Origin: Phoronis australis
Taxonomy: Eukaryota; Animalia; Phoronida
Assembly: GCA_002633005.1 (NCBI GenBank)
Contig: NMRA01000041.1
Location: 168,954-232,953, forward strand
DNA: 64,000 nt
Reading direction: 5' to 3'
Notes under the pieces: generated by a model
Seen by the model: the letters and a program-made list of their open reading frames with translations, nothing else
Databases searched by the model: none
What the model was told of the DNA's origin: nothing
Translations under genes and position numbers: made by a program
Shown: positions 1 to 13,090 of the stretch, piece by piece
How positions within the stretch are numbered: position 1 is the first letter of the stretch
How the letters are laid out: every line of letters begins with the position of its first letter

Positions 1-55
1 AGGGGGGGGGGGAGGGCGAGCCCCCTGCCCCTCCTCCCCCCCTAAATCCGCCTAT
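1..55. mobile_element. Terminus of a hAT/Tip100-like non-autonomous DNA element
   Basis: G/C tracts ending TAAATCCGCCTATG, same style as the termini at 4726 and 5680. Confidence 0.5.
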
Positions 56-2989
56 GATGAGTCGGTAACGTTTGTATTGGGCGAAATCGGAAGCAAGCAT
101 TACCAGCAATACGTAAACTAGGTCATCTGCCAGGTTCTCGATCTGCGTAAACTAGGTCATCGTTTATAGGACCAGTCAGCGCTTCACACTCCGCGTGTCT
201 AATGGAGATCGAGAAACACCAGTAAGGTTGTTCTTGATTTTGTGGCGCACGCTAGCCCAAAATTACCAAAAGTTCAAATATATTCCATTAAAAAGGAAAG
301 ACAAAACATCCTTAAACATGTCTGGACAATATCAAGGGTCACCACTCGTAAGCAAGTCAAAGCGGTCCTTTAGTTTTACCCGTAATCGCCTTATCTCGCA
401 CTAACTCAGTCGACTAGTTCTTCGCAATGCAACAATACACTGAATTCTCATTAATTCAACTTGTTATGACTCCTTTCAATTCAAAACCATGCCCGAAATA
501 CTCTAAAAACAAATTAATAATAGGTACAAAAACAGTTTTCTCTGAATTCGGTCGTTAACAGCTCGGGTATTTGTCGTTTTCCTAGCATAATTACTTTGGT
601 TTAATACCTACTGATTATGGCTCCCATGACCGGTCAAGGGCCACAACTTTGCACGCACTGCTAAGAGCAGTGTTATCAAACAGTTATATATAAAGCAAAT
701 TTTATTAGCATACTGGTATGAAACTTATCAGTGATTTAACCAAAAACTTCGAATTAACTAGACCCACTGATATAGTCTATGATAAACTAAACTGACATTA
801 AAGGCCAAAATTGGAAATTTTTGGCCACCCTATGTTAAATACAAGTTTTTCTCTAATTTTTGTCAAACTCCTACATTTCAATTTTGATTGTACTGACATC
901 TGTTGGGTCTATCGGCAACTAACCGCACATGAAAGGCTCGGTCGAAAATTACACATGCACTTTCGGGTTTTCAGCGGCGATTTCACCGATCGGAAGCGAC
1001 AAAATAAGCCGAAACTTTGACCATACCATGTTCAACATAAAATTTCTTCCAATTTTGCTGAAACTTTGCCTCGTTTTTACTAAAGTACTTATCTATGTTA
1101 TGTTCTATTGGCAAATGTGATTGGTTCATAAATAAGTCCCCCGGCCCAGGCACGCTGTGTTTTCTGCGAATCCCATCCTAGCTGGAGGGTGCTAACTGGG
1201 TGATTTTTGTGCATGCGCAGTTTACGGTTTCAATATTGCTGGTAATGTGGCTCTGTAGCGACCATTTTCGAGTTTGCTGCGGAATAACTCCGCGATATCG
1301 AACACTTTGGAATGTACATGTAGGAAGACCAGCTCACGAGGTATCTGCAGTGCGTGATTGGTTTCTTGCCGAAATTTAACGTTCTCGAAGTATTCGAGAT
1401 TTTCTAATTTGATGACTGTCTTTACTTGACTGGTGCATTTTAATGATTTGTCACTTTCTGTATGGTGGTGAAACAGACGTCAGGGTGGTGGTTTTTGGTG
1501 TTCCTGGCCGATTTCTTCGTCGATCTAAAATTTCAATTTCTGTTCGATTTCTCCAAATGTCTCTCCTCTGACCTCTGAGTTCTTTCATTTAACTATGGCC
1601 AAGTTTGGGGAACGTTCATTTTATCCAGGTCATGCCTCGAAGGTATATTTTGAAAGGGTGAAGTTCCAAGGTCCTCGGTACTGCTCTGCCGTCGGAGCTG
1701 CTTCAGTCAAAATCTTTTGCTAAATTACCGGCAACCCAGTATCTGGTGGCTGGGGACAAATGATGCAAAGAATGTCACTAAAAGGTATTCACTTTTCAGT
1801 AGGCCAAACGCCAGGAATTCAAATTCAGACTCCCTGTGTTATTATCTGCGTCCCGGCCTAGTAGTGTATGATTGCACCTTGCTTTGAAAATGGGCACGTG
1901 AGCGTGCTCGGTATGCACATGATGCCAAACAAACAACTCGGTTAGGAGAACCGACATTTATTGCGCAAAACTACTGGAAGCTAAAAAAAAATGTTTGTGA
2001 GCAATGCGTTTGATGTGATTCAAAGACTGAATTCCTTTTTGATCTCCTGTTTATGAGTTTAGACCACTAGTCTTTTTTATTTGAATTGGGAGCGCAGTAC
2101 ATTTTCGGACACCGTGCAGAACTGTCCGAATTTCATCAATATCTTTTAGAGTTTTTCAGATAGGTAAAAATCGTCCACTATACTTTGCTAATTTGGGGAT
2201 CGAATTATAGAAATCTTCCCAACTCTATCTCGCAGCTAAGTTCATTGAAGCATCGTCAATTCTTACAAGTAGCTTCCAATTGTCAAAAACGATCTATAAA
2301 TCAGTCAATTTTGTAAGCACACATATGTAGATCAGAGGCAAAAAGACTTATAGTTTATAATAACAAAATATTAAATGTAATTATCGAAGGCATGCTCACA
2401 GATTCTTGACGGTCAGTATGGAGAATGGGGTCCCCCAAGAAATGTTCCGCATATATTCGTGTGGGCGTGGTTAACGTGTATTTTGGTTTATTCCAGAGAA
2501 GGTAGCTTTTACGGTTTAAACTTTAACTCCGAAAATTGTTGAAATATTTGTTGATTTTTTACCAGTACAGGAACAGTATTGTGAGTACCTTAATCTGTTT
2601 GACATATACTCTGTACACAGGCATAAACAATCGTACCCCCGATTGTCTGTTTAACATGCATGTCCAAGTTTCTTGAAAACAAGTCCTATTAACGATTTTC
2701 TAAAGATATACTATGATAATATGGGAAAATTAATTATCGACATTTTATTGTTATCAACTGATGAGAAATATCCCTTTTGTGTAATTGAAAAATAGTGGTA
2801 TTCAAGCTTTTAAAACATCTATCCCTCTGATGGCAGTCTATTCTTTTGTCTTTCGTGACAACCGTTTTTGATTGGATTTGGCCTCATCGGTCTTGAAGTT
2901 ACTGTGCTGTGCACGACTTTTTGTGTTGAACTTGGAATCTTTTCTTCTTCGCCTTAGTTGACAGTCTCGAATTTAAGGTGCAGTTCCCT

Positions 2990-3800
2990 CGGGCCGCCTC
3001 TCCGAGAGAGAGCCTCGTTTGAAAGGGGACCCCTTAATAAGTATGGAAGACTAAATATTAAAAAGAGTGACTGTTAATTCCATCGGCGTGTGACCCTCTA
3101 AGAAGTAGTCTTCGTTAAGTACATAAAATGATGCATGCCATGCGCGCACCCAGCCTAAAATTTAGGGGTCTCGAATGTTTCGATATGTGGACCTTTTAGG
3201 CCTACTGAAAGAAATACTAAAACGAGGACTAAAATAAAACGGGGCCACTATAAGTTCAAGCCCACGAATCGTGCATCCGCGCCGACTTCCCGTAGATTTC
3301 GTGGATTTCTGTATCGTTTACTGGGACTTTTCGGTGACGCGTATGCATGGTTTCACATAAACAGGAAACTACAGAGGCAACCAATTTCATCATTGAGTTC
3401 TATCTCTCCGGCAGTGGCCGGGACCCCTTAAGAAGTTATCAACAATTAGGGTGACCGCATGCATGCCATCAATGGGCCCCCTCAAGGTCTTGGGCTCTAA
3501 AATATTAAGGGATCTATCTTTCAGGTTCTCGTTTATCAACTAGTGATATACAATGCCGACCGAATTAAATAAAGAAAAAAAGAAAGCGACAGAGAATGGA
3601 CCCTCAGAAAAATATCAGTGCATTTCCTAAAATGGCAACGGCGCCTCAGGCTTTGTTCAAAGTCCATGCAGTGAATTTATATACTCTGCAAAAGTCGTGC
3701 TTCCCAAATTTTATCAATGAACTTTATTCGAAATTCAGGCATGAATGATTAAGTGCACGTTTTCAAGTGCATTTAGACGTGCTGTGTTGTTGACTAATTT
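2990..3800. repeat. Interspersed repeat, inverted homolog of the interior of the 17530-19024 element
   Basis: Reverse-complement matches, e.g. 3720-3785 vs 17760-17815, 3449-3497 vs 18020-18070, 3061-3096 vs 18193-18231. Confidence 0.65.
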
Positions 3801-4725
3801 GAGTGGTTGCATTTTATTAACTGAAAACGGGCAGTGATCGAAGTCAAATCGAGGGAACCCCTATCCAGTGTGTAGCGCATCCACACGCACATTAGATGTC
3901 TCTCTTGTTGTTTTTGTTTTTTGTTGGCCCAGCGGGTTACACGCGTATAATAATAATATTACCGTAGCACTTTGGTTCATAAAACTTTATTTATGATACG
4001 ATAAGAGTAATAATACAGTTTGAGAATACGTTTATTTACGGTGCCATACGATCTGATACGTTTTCACGGTTAAACCTGAAACAATTAATAAAAATAATAC
4101 AACCTCTAGTACAAATTCAAGTAAAAAATACATCATACTAAAATACAGAAAACTGCATGTCTGATAATATATATCAACTCACAATTAGGCAAACACTAAT
4201 TAGCAGAAACTTGTAGTTACAACAATTTCTATGAATTAATCAAATGATCAAAGAAGTGAGACTAGTTGTTTCTAAAGACAAAATTAATAGTGAAGCATCA
4301 AGAACAAAATTGTCTCTTACCAACGCTGGGTATCTAAGATATTTTTGAAGCAAGCAGCAGCCTCTCTTCAAGCAATATGAATTCTAGAGTAGCTAACAGA
4401 ATATTTATACTGAATACAAGAAAGGTGGGCGAGATAGTTCAAAACATGAAAACCAACACACTTCCTCCAAAATTCTACACTTAGCTCCAAAACAATTCTC
4501 TGAATAAAGTTATTGGTGGATTCTAGCAATGAACCCAAGTCATTACCAAATATGGTGCAGGCAGACAAAAGTCAAGCTCGATGGATAGTAGTTCTGATTA
4601 TTGTTGCTGTCGGAAATGCATCATCTCAAAGCTGACCGATTTCAAAGAATTAAAGTTACATAACTAGCAATACAAGGCACAGTTGTTATTGTAAACTAAA
4701 GTGACATCAAACAACTAGTTAAAGA

Positions 4726-5680
4726 CATAGGCGTATTTTGGGGTGGCCCAGAGCGCCCGGTCCCCCCCCCCCTCCTTGGATGCTGCAAAAAAATAAAACA
4801 GCAAGAGCGTAAGGAAATGTTGAGTTGATTAATTACCCCCGGTAATTAAAATTATACGGATGAAACAAGATATAAATGTGTGCAGTTTTGGTGTTTGGGG
4901 GGTGGGAGGGTCAGATCCAATTTCAAGTGTCATATTCGGAACACGGTGCATTCGTAACGGAACAGAACCATGGCTAAGTATAAGCTCCCCCGCGATATCC
5001 CATGCGACCGGCAATGACGCTGCGCACTACGACTCCGTTTCCGTCGTCTGCTCCACTGTGCAATGAAGAAAATTTACTTCATTGTTTAAAGAAAATGGAA
5101 CCTGAGTGACGATGAAAAAACAGAAACTGCTGGTAAGATGTGAATTTTAATCGAAGCCTTGGTGAATCACTCAGAAACTTATAATTCTCTCTTTGTCAAA
5201 CCTTAACTTAAGACGATTTCCAAAGCAATTATTGCCAACACGAAAAACGGATTTGGTCTTTTGAGCATTTGAAGACTATTTTAAATACAACAAATTTGTT
5301 AAGAACCTATTGCACAAAATGTAAAACGTGTAATAAGCATTACAAAAAGAAGTAGGTTTCGCGCGCAAACGCTGTGGACCATAAACAAGTAGGTCTCTTA
5401 GCACCAGTTCATTAGTTAAATCGTGGTGGTGTTATAGTGGTAAAGCACGCGCGCTCTATCTGACACGTCGTGACTTCGAGTCTGTGGTACGTGCGGTTTT
5501 TCCTGTTTGACACGATTTCTGTGCTTTTTTGCCTCTTTTCTTGGACAATACTTCAGGAATCAAAGAAAATGCTTGAAAAAACAGAAAAATTTCCCGACCT
5601 CCCCNAATCGTGGTTTGCGCAAATGCTTACAGCCGGACAAAATGTTGGTCCCCCCTTGTGATATCCTAGATCCGCCACTG
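4726..5680. mobile_element. Non-autonomous hAT-like DNA transposon with 5-bp TSD
   Basis: Imperfect TIRs CATAGGCGTATTT / CTAGATCCGCCACTG; TSD AAAGA at 4721-4725 and 5681-5685. Confidence 0.7.
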
Positions 5681-6051
5681 AAAGACATATGGTGAATCAC
5701 TTCGTATGCACTCAAAGGAAAATAGAATTGTTGGTAAACAACCAGTATATTTAATTAATTATACATAGTCACTGAACTTGAATAAGAGATTGTGTTTAGT
5801 ACAGTGCATATAGGCGTCTTCGACTATATGATCGGTATACTTCCGACCAAGGCGTGCACATTGATGCCCACGCACGAAAGTCCGCTTGCCGTTCATCGTG
5901 TTTCCACAGGGCCACTTCAGTAGGCCCTACAGGCAGTGCTGTGTCAGAGGGTAACACGAAGTCAGTAAACTGACAAGACAGGGAGAGTTTATCCACGTTT
6001 GTTTTGAAAGAGTTGCTCGTTAGATGGCGCTGTTGTAAATTTACACCAAAC

Positions 6052-6539
6052 ATGTCTTCCAGGGTTGAGACGAACTCGAAAGTCGTTCAAACTCGACGAA
6101 ATTCACAGTGGGCTTCGACAAAAGCTGTCAGTTATACAGTTCAGGCAGCTCCTACAAGGGACAGGACATCAGATTCAAATGGATATGACGTAGTCGATAA
6201 CTCGGCAACTCACAGTCACGTTTACACGCGGTGGGATGTTTTTGTTTCGTTGGTCTCCATCGTTTCCTACATTGTAGACGTCGGAACGGATGTTTCTTTG
6301 GCCGTGGTATATTACCAACAGTCTCGCTATACATACTTCGCGTGGACTACGGTCTTTATAGTTTTGCCGTCAGTAGTGATCAGTATATTTAGTTTGAAGT
6401 GGTATATACTAGACCACAAATCGCGACAGGAACTTCCTGCAAATTACGACTTATTTGATGCAAAATTGAGTCATGTTCCAATCTGGAAATGGTTGCTCCG
6501 CTCCCTGTGTATAATTTTACAGATCGCCCCTCTCCTCAG
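6052..6539 (+). CDS. XKR4/6: XK-related protein, coding exon 1
   Basis: First ATG of ORF 6004..6543 is at 6052; ends CTCAG|GTAAGT (phase 2); TM segments and DVGTD motif. Confidence 0.9.
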
Positions 6540-7204
6540 GTAAGTGGTTTGGTAACAATGGGTTACCATTAGAAAATGCAGGTCATCGGGAATAGCCTTG
6601 GTACAAAGTTGTATAGTCCGGTTACCTATTGTCGTCAGGCTCCAAAGGTCGTCCGCCATCTTGTTTCGCGTGCAGCGCAACCACGCAGGACTTAGCGTTC
6701 CAATTTGGAGTGCTCGTGTGCACGTTAGGTACTAACTTATCGGAAGAGACACGTATCAAAGTAATGAGACAAAAATCGGTGAATTTACCGATTGTTTTTT
6801 AAAACCACTTAAAAATCAGTAGATTTTACTAATACACTTTTTTGTGCGTTTTCAGAAGATGTTTTCGAATTTAAATTTTCTTCCGACGGGACACAAAACA
6901 TGATCCAGGGTTTGTTTATGCAATGTATCTGTTTGTCCCAGGCACTAGTAGGATCTAGAAGGCCAAAGGAAAAATCCGCAGACAAATGCGATACGCTGGG
7001 TTCTTAACATTTTNNNNNNNNNNNNNNNNNNNNNNNNNNNNNNNNNNNNNNNNNNNNNNNNNNNNNNNNNNNNNNNNNNNNNNNNNNNNNNNNNNNNNNN
7101 NNNNNNNNNNNNNNNNNNNNNNNNNNNNNNNNNNNNNNNNNNNNNNNNNNNNNNNNNNNNNNNNNNNNNNNNNNNNNNNNNNNNNNNNNNNNNNNNNNNN
7201 NNNN

Positions 7205-7405
7205 TCAAACGGCTGTAACGGGCAAGGTAAGTTTCGGTTGATTCCCAGGTTTTGCATGCACCCTGTCCGGTCTTTAGCTTTACGGCATGGTGACGAGCAG
7301 AACTACCTTGGCTATGTGCAATTCCGGGGTCTATGGAAGATTAACACACAGTGGTACCTAGCTGTATTTTGACGATAGTCTTCATACAGCTAGCTGGCTG
7401 GCTGA
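7205..7405 (+). repeat. Interspersed repeat fragment, second copy at ~60232-60433
   Basis: Colinear similarity ending ATAGTCTTCATACAGCTAGCTGGCTGGCT in both copies. Confidence 0.7.
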
Positions 7406-7976
7406 GTGGGCCGGAAGCATCCTGAGAAACTATAATGCACTACTCCTGGCTCATTGTCATCAATTTCGGTTCTGGTAACTATTAAGAAACCCATAAACCA
7501 CTGGCGGTAATTTAGGAATTTAGGGTAGCTTCATTTTGGCGCAAAGATCAGTAGTTTATTTTGCAAAGTTCTGACACCAATGTGGGTTGCCATTGCTTAT
7601 GGTTGGTCCCAGAACTCCAGCCTTTTGTGGCTTTATTCCATTAATGCTTTAAGTAGGATTTGTGAATAGCTGAAATTTTCTAACCTATCAAGCCTGAGTC
7701 ATTACCTAATTACTATACTGTAATTAAAAATAGTTGCGTCTTTGCAATGAAAGTTTTGAAAATATAGGTAAAACCATTCTGTAGATTTGTGTAGAGCAAC
7801 CTTTTGTAGAGTTTCTCCGATTCCCAGTTTCAGTGGCGTGGGGGGTTGGGTCTTGCGGCACTAAGCCAAGCATGGGAGTTCAATGTAAGCATCGATTTCA
7901 TTGGAGGGCGTTAAGCTAAACATGGATGTCAGCTGTCAGTCTGTGGTAAATTTATTTTGTTATCTTCTGTGGTTAG

Positions 7977-8203
7977 GTACGTAGATGCATTATGGTATGG
8001 ATGGAAAACGCGACGATTACAAGATGAGCAAGAATTAGAGAGAAGAAAGTTTTTCTATCAAATGATGCTCTACGAGGATGCCGACTCGACCTTGTTACGT
8101 CTGTTTGAAGCATTCTTGGAGTCGGCGCCTCAGCTCATACTGCAGTTGTACATAATGGTGAATTTTGGAATTGACGGTGAAAAGGAAAGAAATTACTTTC
8201 TCG
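7977..8203 (+). CDS. XKR4/6: XK-related protein, coding exon 2
   Basis: Acceptor ttag|GTAC, donor CTCG|gtaagt; encodes RYVDALWYG...LRLFEAFLESAPQLILQLYI. Confidence 0.93.
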
Positions 8204-9222
8204 GTAAGTTTGAAAGCAACATTACACCCGTGCTTTCTGTGAAAAAAGAATTTTGATTCAGACCACTTACCATTACAAAATTGGTCTCAAATTGTTCCTC
8301 AGTCACATTAGAAGTGATTTTGTGGCTTTGAAAGAACTGATCATTCATTATTGTTTGTGGTCACATGACCTGAATTTTGATGAGCTCGATCTGAAGAAAT
8401 AAAGAACTGTAGTGCCAGTTGTTCCTGAGCCCAGAAATGACTTTTAAACTGAACAAGGAGTAACACAAGAACAATTTTATAATGGTTAGCGGTAAAGAGG
8501 AAAACTTGTCTTTTGAATAATTGCACGGGTTTAATGTTAGCAGCGCTTATGTGTATTTGTATTTACGTTGTTCTCACGCCTTGAATAAGACTGCTCAAAA
8601 TTAGGCCTGCAGACATATTACAGTCACAGAGAAGTGCCAGTTTTCTGTCAGTTCTAACAATTGCTGTGTCGTCTAGGGCACCTAATTAATTTTCATCAAA
8701 TGTGTTGAACCTTCCGTTAAAGTAGCATAACATAACAAGGTTAGTTTTGTAATCTGACTATCACAGCAGCACCCTCTTGTGGTCTCGTTTTATCGTTGCC
8801 AAAATCGATAAATTTAGTTATACCTTTGTAAAGTTTTATTTTTATAACATTGGAGAAGTTTGTGTGACTTGGCCATTGCAACTCCCTCTGGTGGCCATCA
8901 GTTGCTCGTTGTTTTGCAGAATTTGTAATTTATGTGTTAAATAAGCGCGTTTTCATCTAGGCCTATTTCCCCAAACTAAACTTGGAACTGCCAGTTGTGG
9001 TGCTATTGTGACAGCTGAGGGCAATTGGAGGAACTGCAGCTTAACTCTTGTGCACTCAATCACTTAATATATTCCCAGTCCTCTCATGTCTCCAACAACT
9101 TGCACTGGAAAAACCGCTCATCTAAACACAGCTTTTGTTACAAGCAAGACACCTGAGATAGACATTATGTAGTTGACCACGAACACAGAATGCCACATGC
9201 CACATCTTTGGTTCTCTTTCAG

Positions 9223-9950
9223 TCACTTTTCAGACGGGTTCCGTTTGCATGTCACTCATGTCACTAGCGTGGTCCTTGGTCTCCTATCACAAGTCACTAC
9301 GCTACTCAAGGCATAACAAAAAGAACATGACCTACTTAGGGCTAATCCTGTGTTTCTTCTGGAGGATCTGCATGTTATTTTCACGTGTTCTTGCCTTTGC
9401 TCTGTTTGCATCACACTACTGGCTAGCCTTACTGATTGTCGCCAGTGTCCACTGGGCAGTCATGACATTCTGGATTGTCGTAGAAGGAATCCGCATCGAT
9501 AAGACTTATCATAACTTCTGCGGGTCGAAAACAGAACAAATCATTTTTGACGCAGTAATCGGCATCGTGTGGATATTCTGCTGTTTCAACATTCGTGAGG
9601 GACACACAAGGAAGCGTTATGTGATCTATTACACCATTGCATACATTGAAAACGTCACCCTGATCACGATCTGGTATTACTTCACACAGAAGCAGAGCAG
9701 GTGGTTTCATTTGCCATCGCTTATCGGCGTTCTGTCACTGTTCTGGTTGGGAATAGTGTTCATGTTGCTCTACTACCATTTCTCACATCCAGAGGGCGTC
9801 CCTGTTTGCTTGCCGCATTCCTATTGGACGACATGCAATAACAAGTGCACCTGTGAAAAATGCGATCAGATTTTAGTTAGGGAGCATGACACCATCACAA
9901 GAACTAGTTCTTCAAATGGTCACCAAGAACTCATTACCACCGTGCTATGA
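9223..9950 (+). CDS. XKR4/6: XK-related protein, coding exon 3
   Basis: Acceptor ttctctttcag|TC in frame with ORF 9249..9950; multiple TM helices; stop TGA at 9948-9950. Confidence 0.93.
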
Positions 9951-11584
9951 AGTGAGACATCGGTATATCACTGTATTGGTTGTGCTGAGCAGAAATCTCT
10001 GTATTGGTTGACCACAATGTGGCTGTGGTGAGCAGAAGATATTGTTGATAGATGTGCTTACCTCGGTGCAGTAATTCTTCATTTATTTCGTACATTAATC
10101 ATTACCAAAATTGTTGTTTTCCAGTTTCTGAGGCTGATTATTTGACTACAGCAAATAATAGAGAATTTGGCAAAAGGTATTTCATGACGTCTACACTGTA
10201 CAAGCCATGCTAGTGGCAGATTAAAATTTTTCTAATCTTAGTATTTTTGTGGAAAATTCTGACAAAATAGAACTTCACTTGTCAGCTATATTGTGTGCTA
10301 AATAACTGAAGCAGTGGCTTAGTTAATTGTTAGTTGTTTCAGTGTTTTAGGGGACATATCATGTTTAGTCTTTGTACATTTACTTTTAGCCAGTTAGAAT
10401 GGGAAAAATGTCCATGGTTAATCTCTTTTACCCCGTCCACCATGCTATCGTCTTCACTAGGACTTTAGCTAGTATCAAATACACTGGTAATGTGTCATTT
10501 TTACCGGTACTTTGCTGATGGGATGTGTTAACTTAACTTACTGCTGGCAGTTTTGCTAGCACTTTTGTAGCTAGAGTACTTACACACCAGCGAGAGATCT
10601 TTGTTCATTGTTACATTAACCAATTTATGGCTGAGGGTGAAGTGTTTTGACATCAAGTTTTGCTCATAAGTAACTTGGACCTGAGGAAAGAAACTATCTG
10701 TTGACCAAAATTGCCCCTCCTTGGAAAGCTTCTCTGTCTGGTGAAAATAATACTGTTTTTGCTAGTGTTTTAGGCATTGAAACTGATAGTTTTTTTACCA
10801 CTCATGTGATCCTGGTTTTAGTTTCTTAGTATAGTTATACTGCACTGTTAATTATTTAACAAACTCTGTAGTTAGACTGCACAGAATGTATTAAAAGTGT
10901 AAATTTGTTATTTGTTACAGTTTGAGATTGGGGCTTTTTAGTCCAACCTTTTTTCTTTGAATTTTATTCACTGGCTTTGCACGGAATATTTTGTAGATCT
11001 TTTTCACCGCATAATCTACTGTGTTAGCAGATTGTCTCTTACTGAACTCTTGTGTCTGGACTGCGATATTTTAAACTTTGTGTTTGTAGCGACTTTTCTT
11101 ATTAAACAGGACTAATATTCTGTAGGTTTATTGCCTTTTGTTGTGACTAGCACAGAAAAAAGTGTTAAATTCTGTTTTTGTCAAATTCATCGCATGTATT
11201 ATTAAGGTGAGCTGAGTTATTTATTAAATCAAGGATAGCTGTGTGACAATTTTTTTACAATTACTTTTGTGCGAAATAAATGTGAAATTACTGTATGTTG
11301 CTCTCCAAATAACAGCGGCAGATTTCAAATAACAGATACTGTAGGTGTTGATGTTATATTGGGAACAAACGGGTTAAGCTAGGAAGTTTTATGATGGAAA
11401 AATTACATAACAGTACTACTATTTAAGGAAAATGTGTGTTATGCAACATTATAGCTTAATATATTTATCTTTGTCAGGGTCAGTTTACCATATTTCATAC
11501 ATTTTACTGCGCAAAATTATTGATATTACATTCTTTTGGACTCCTGTTATCGTTCACATGCCAAGTTCCTTGAAAAGCCATGTC

Positions 11585-13090
11585 GGAGACAGTCTAATGT
11601 TCAAATTTGGCCAACTTCGGAGCATCACATCTCATAAATGGCTCATCAGATCCATGTGAAACTTTCACATACCACACTTCATGTATTGTTTTCCAGAACA
11701 CTTTAATGAATGTTTAAAATCTTTTGCTTTTGTATAGCAGGCTATCAAAAAATAACACTCCCATGATTTTTACGACAAAAATCAAAAGTGAAATGAAACG
11801 AAGTGTAATTGTGTTTTTGAGATTTCATTTTGAGCATTGAACGAAATTAGGTCGAATTATTTATACTGTTGTTTTGCTGTCAATGTAAATTCTTGTTTTC
11901 TACATTTTACTTTGAAGGAATGATCTTGTGACCCAATCAATGGCTGATTAGTAAAAAGTCAAAAATCAAGTTCTTCAGATTGTCTCCTTTAAGAAAATAT
12001 TTACTTTTACTGAGTTAAAATCAATAGTTTTGTAAATACTTGTCTAAATAGGCACCCAATGTCAATAGAGTCCTAAATGACCACAATCCTTGTTCATGGC
12101 TTATGGGCTTTGCAATTTTTCTCCCAGTGAATATGTCAGTTAAGAATAGATATTTGTTAGGATTGCAGGTATCAGTCTGGGGTTAATGTACAGGTGATAT
12201 AGCTCGTTAAATAGATAAACATACAGAGTTATTGTTGTCACCTTTATGACAGGTGTGGTCATCATATAGAAAAGGAATAATGCAATGATAAGCACTTGAT
12301 TTGTTGTTTTAAGGGGTCATGCAATGAACCAACACTGTTTGTTGAGAGGTAAATTACTCTGTTACCGGCCAGTGCTAGGAACACTATGTGGTTTTTGTTA
12401 TCTTTGAATTCATAGTTGACGCTCTTGAGAGTTAAAAAATACAATGTCAACATTGCGATTTTATTGATAATGTTGGAAACAAATTATTGGACATTGAGTT
12501 AATTTTTGAATTTTGGTCAGCATTGCACTTTCTGTTATTATTTTCTATTTGATGTCATTTTAAGGTTATGAAGGACCAGTTAGAAAATGTTCAAATTTGG
12601 CTAACTTTGCTAATTTTGCGAAACTTTCAGATTGTATGTTTTATCTGGGATTAACACACTAACCTTGTGTTTCATAGTCCCTGGCTTTATGCACTGTTCT
12701 CAAAAACGCTGTTTGGAGTTGTTCTTTTATTGGTCCACTGTTGCACTATGGCCAGTCAAAGATAGAACTGTTATGATTTTCATAAAAAACTATTAAATTG
12801 CATAAAATGATAATTTCGATAACTGCACCAGTGTTTTTGAGATTTCATCTCCAAAAGTTATAATCAAATAATATTTGATCATGTTATTGATACCATTGTT
12901 CTGGTGTCGACGTTCCTTTCCTTTTTTGCGAAATTTTACTGGAGTCATGGCATGTTAGTAACTCTACAGGCTGTGTACTGTCAGAAAATATATACTTTTG
13001 CTGAGTAAAAATCTAATTTTGAAGATGTTTGGCAAAATTTGCAGACTTGTCAATAAGCTGCTACACAACATAAATTGTGGGTTGTAAGGA
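11585..13090. repeat. Old ~1-kb-period duplicated repeat (MITE-like) downstream of XKR
   Basis: ATGTTCAAATTTGGC at ~11598 and ~12587; AAAATAT..TACTTTT.CTGAGT.AAAATC at ~11994 and ~12985. Confidence 0.45.

Larger units (their letters stand above)
6052..9950 (+). other. XKR4/6: XK-related protein gene (XKR4/6/7-like phospholipid scramblase family); CDS join(6052..6539,7977..8203,9223..9950), ~480 aa
   Basis: Three exons with GT-AG sites and compatible phases (2, then 1). XK-family motifs: DVGTDVSLAVVYY, DADSTLLRLFEAFLESAPQLILQLYI, SLMSLAWSLVSY, SRVLAFALFAS, YIENVTL, FMLLYYHFSHP. Three-exon layout as in vertebrate XKR genes. Confidence 0.93.

Noticed and set aside
4200-4720. Possible LINE 3'-end remnant on the minus strand
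   Set aside because: Only vague similarity; no motif I could confirm.
5000-5140. Possible XKR 5'UTR exon ending at GTAAGA (~5133)
   Set aside because: Lies inside a DNA transposon; no supporting acceptor or transcript evidence.
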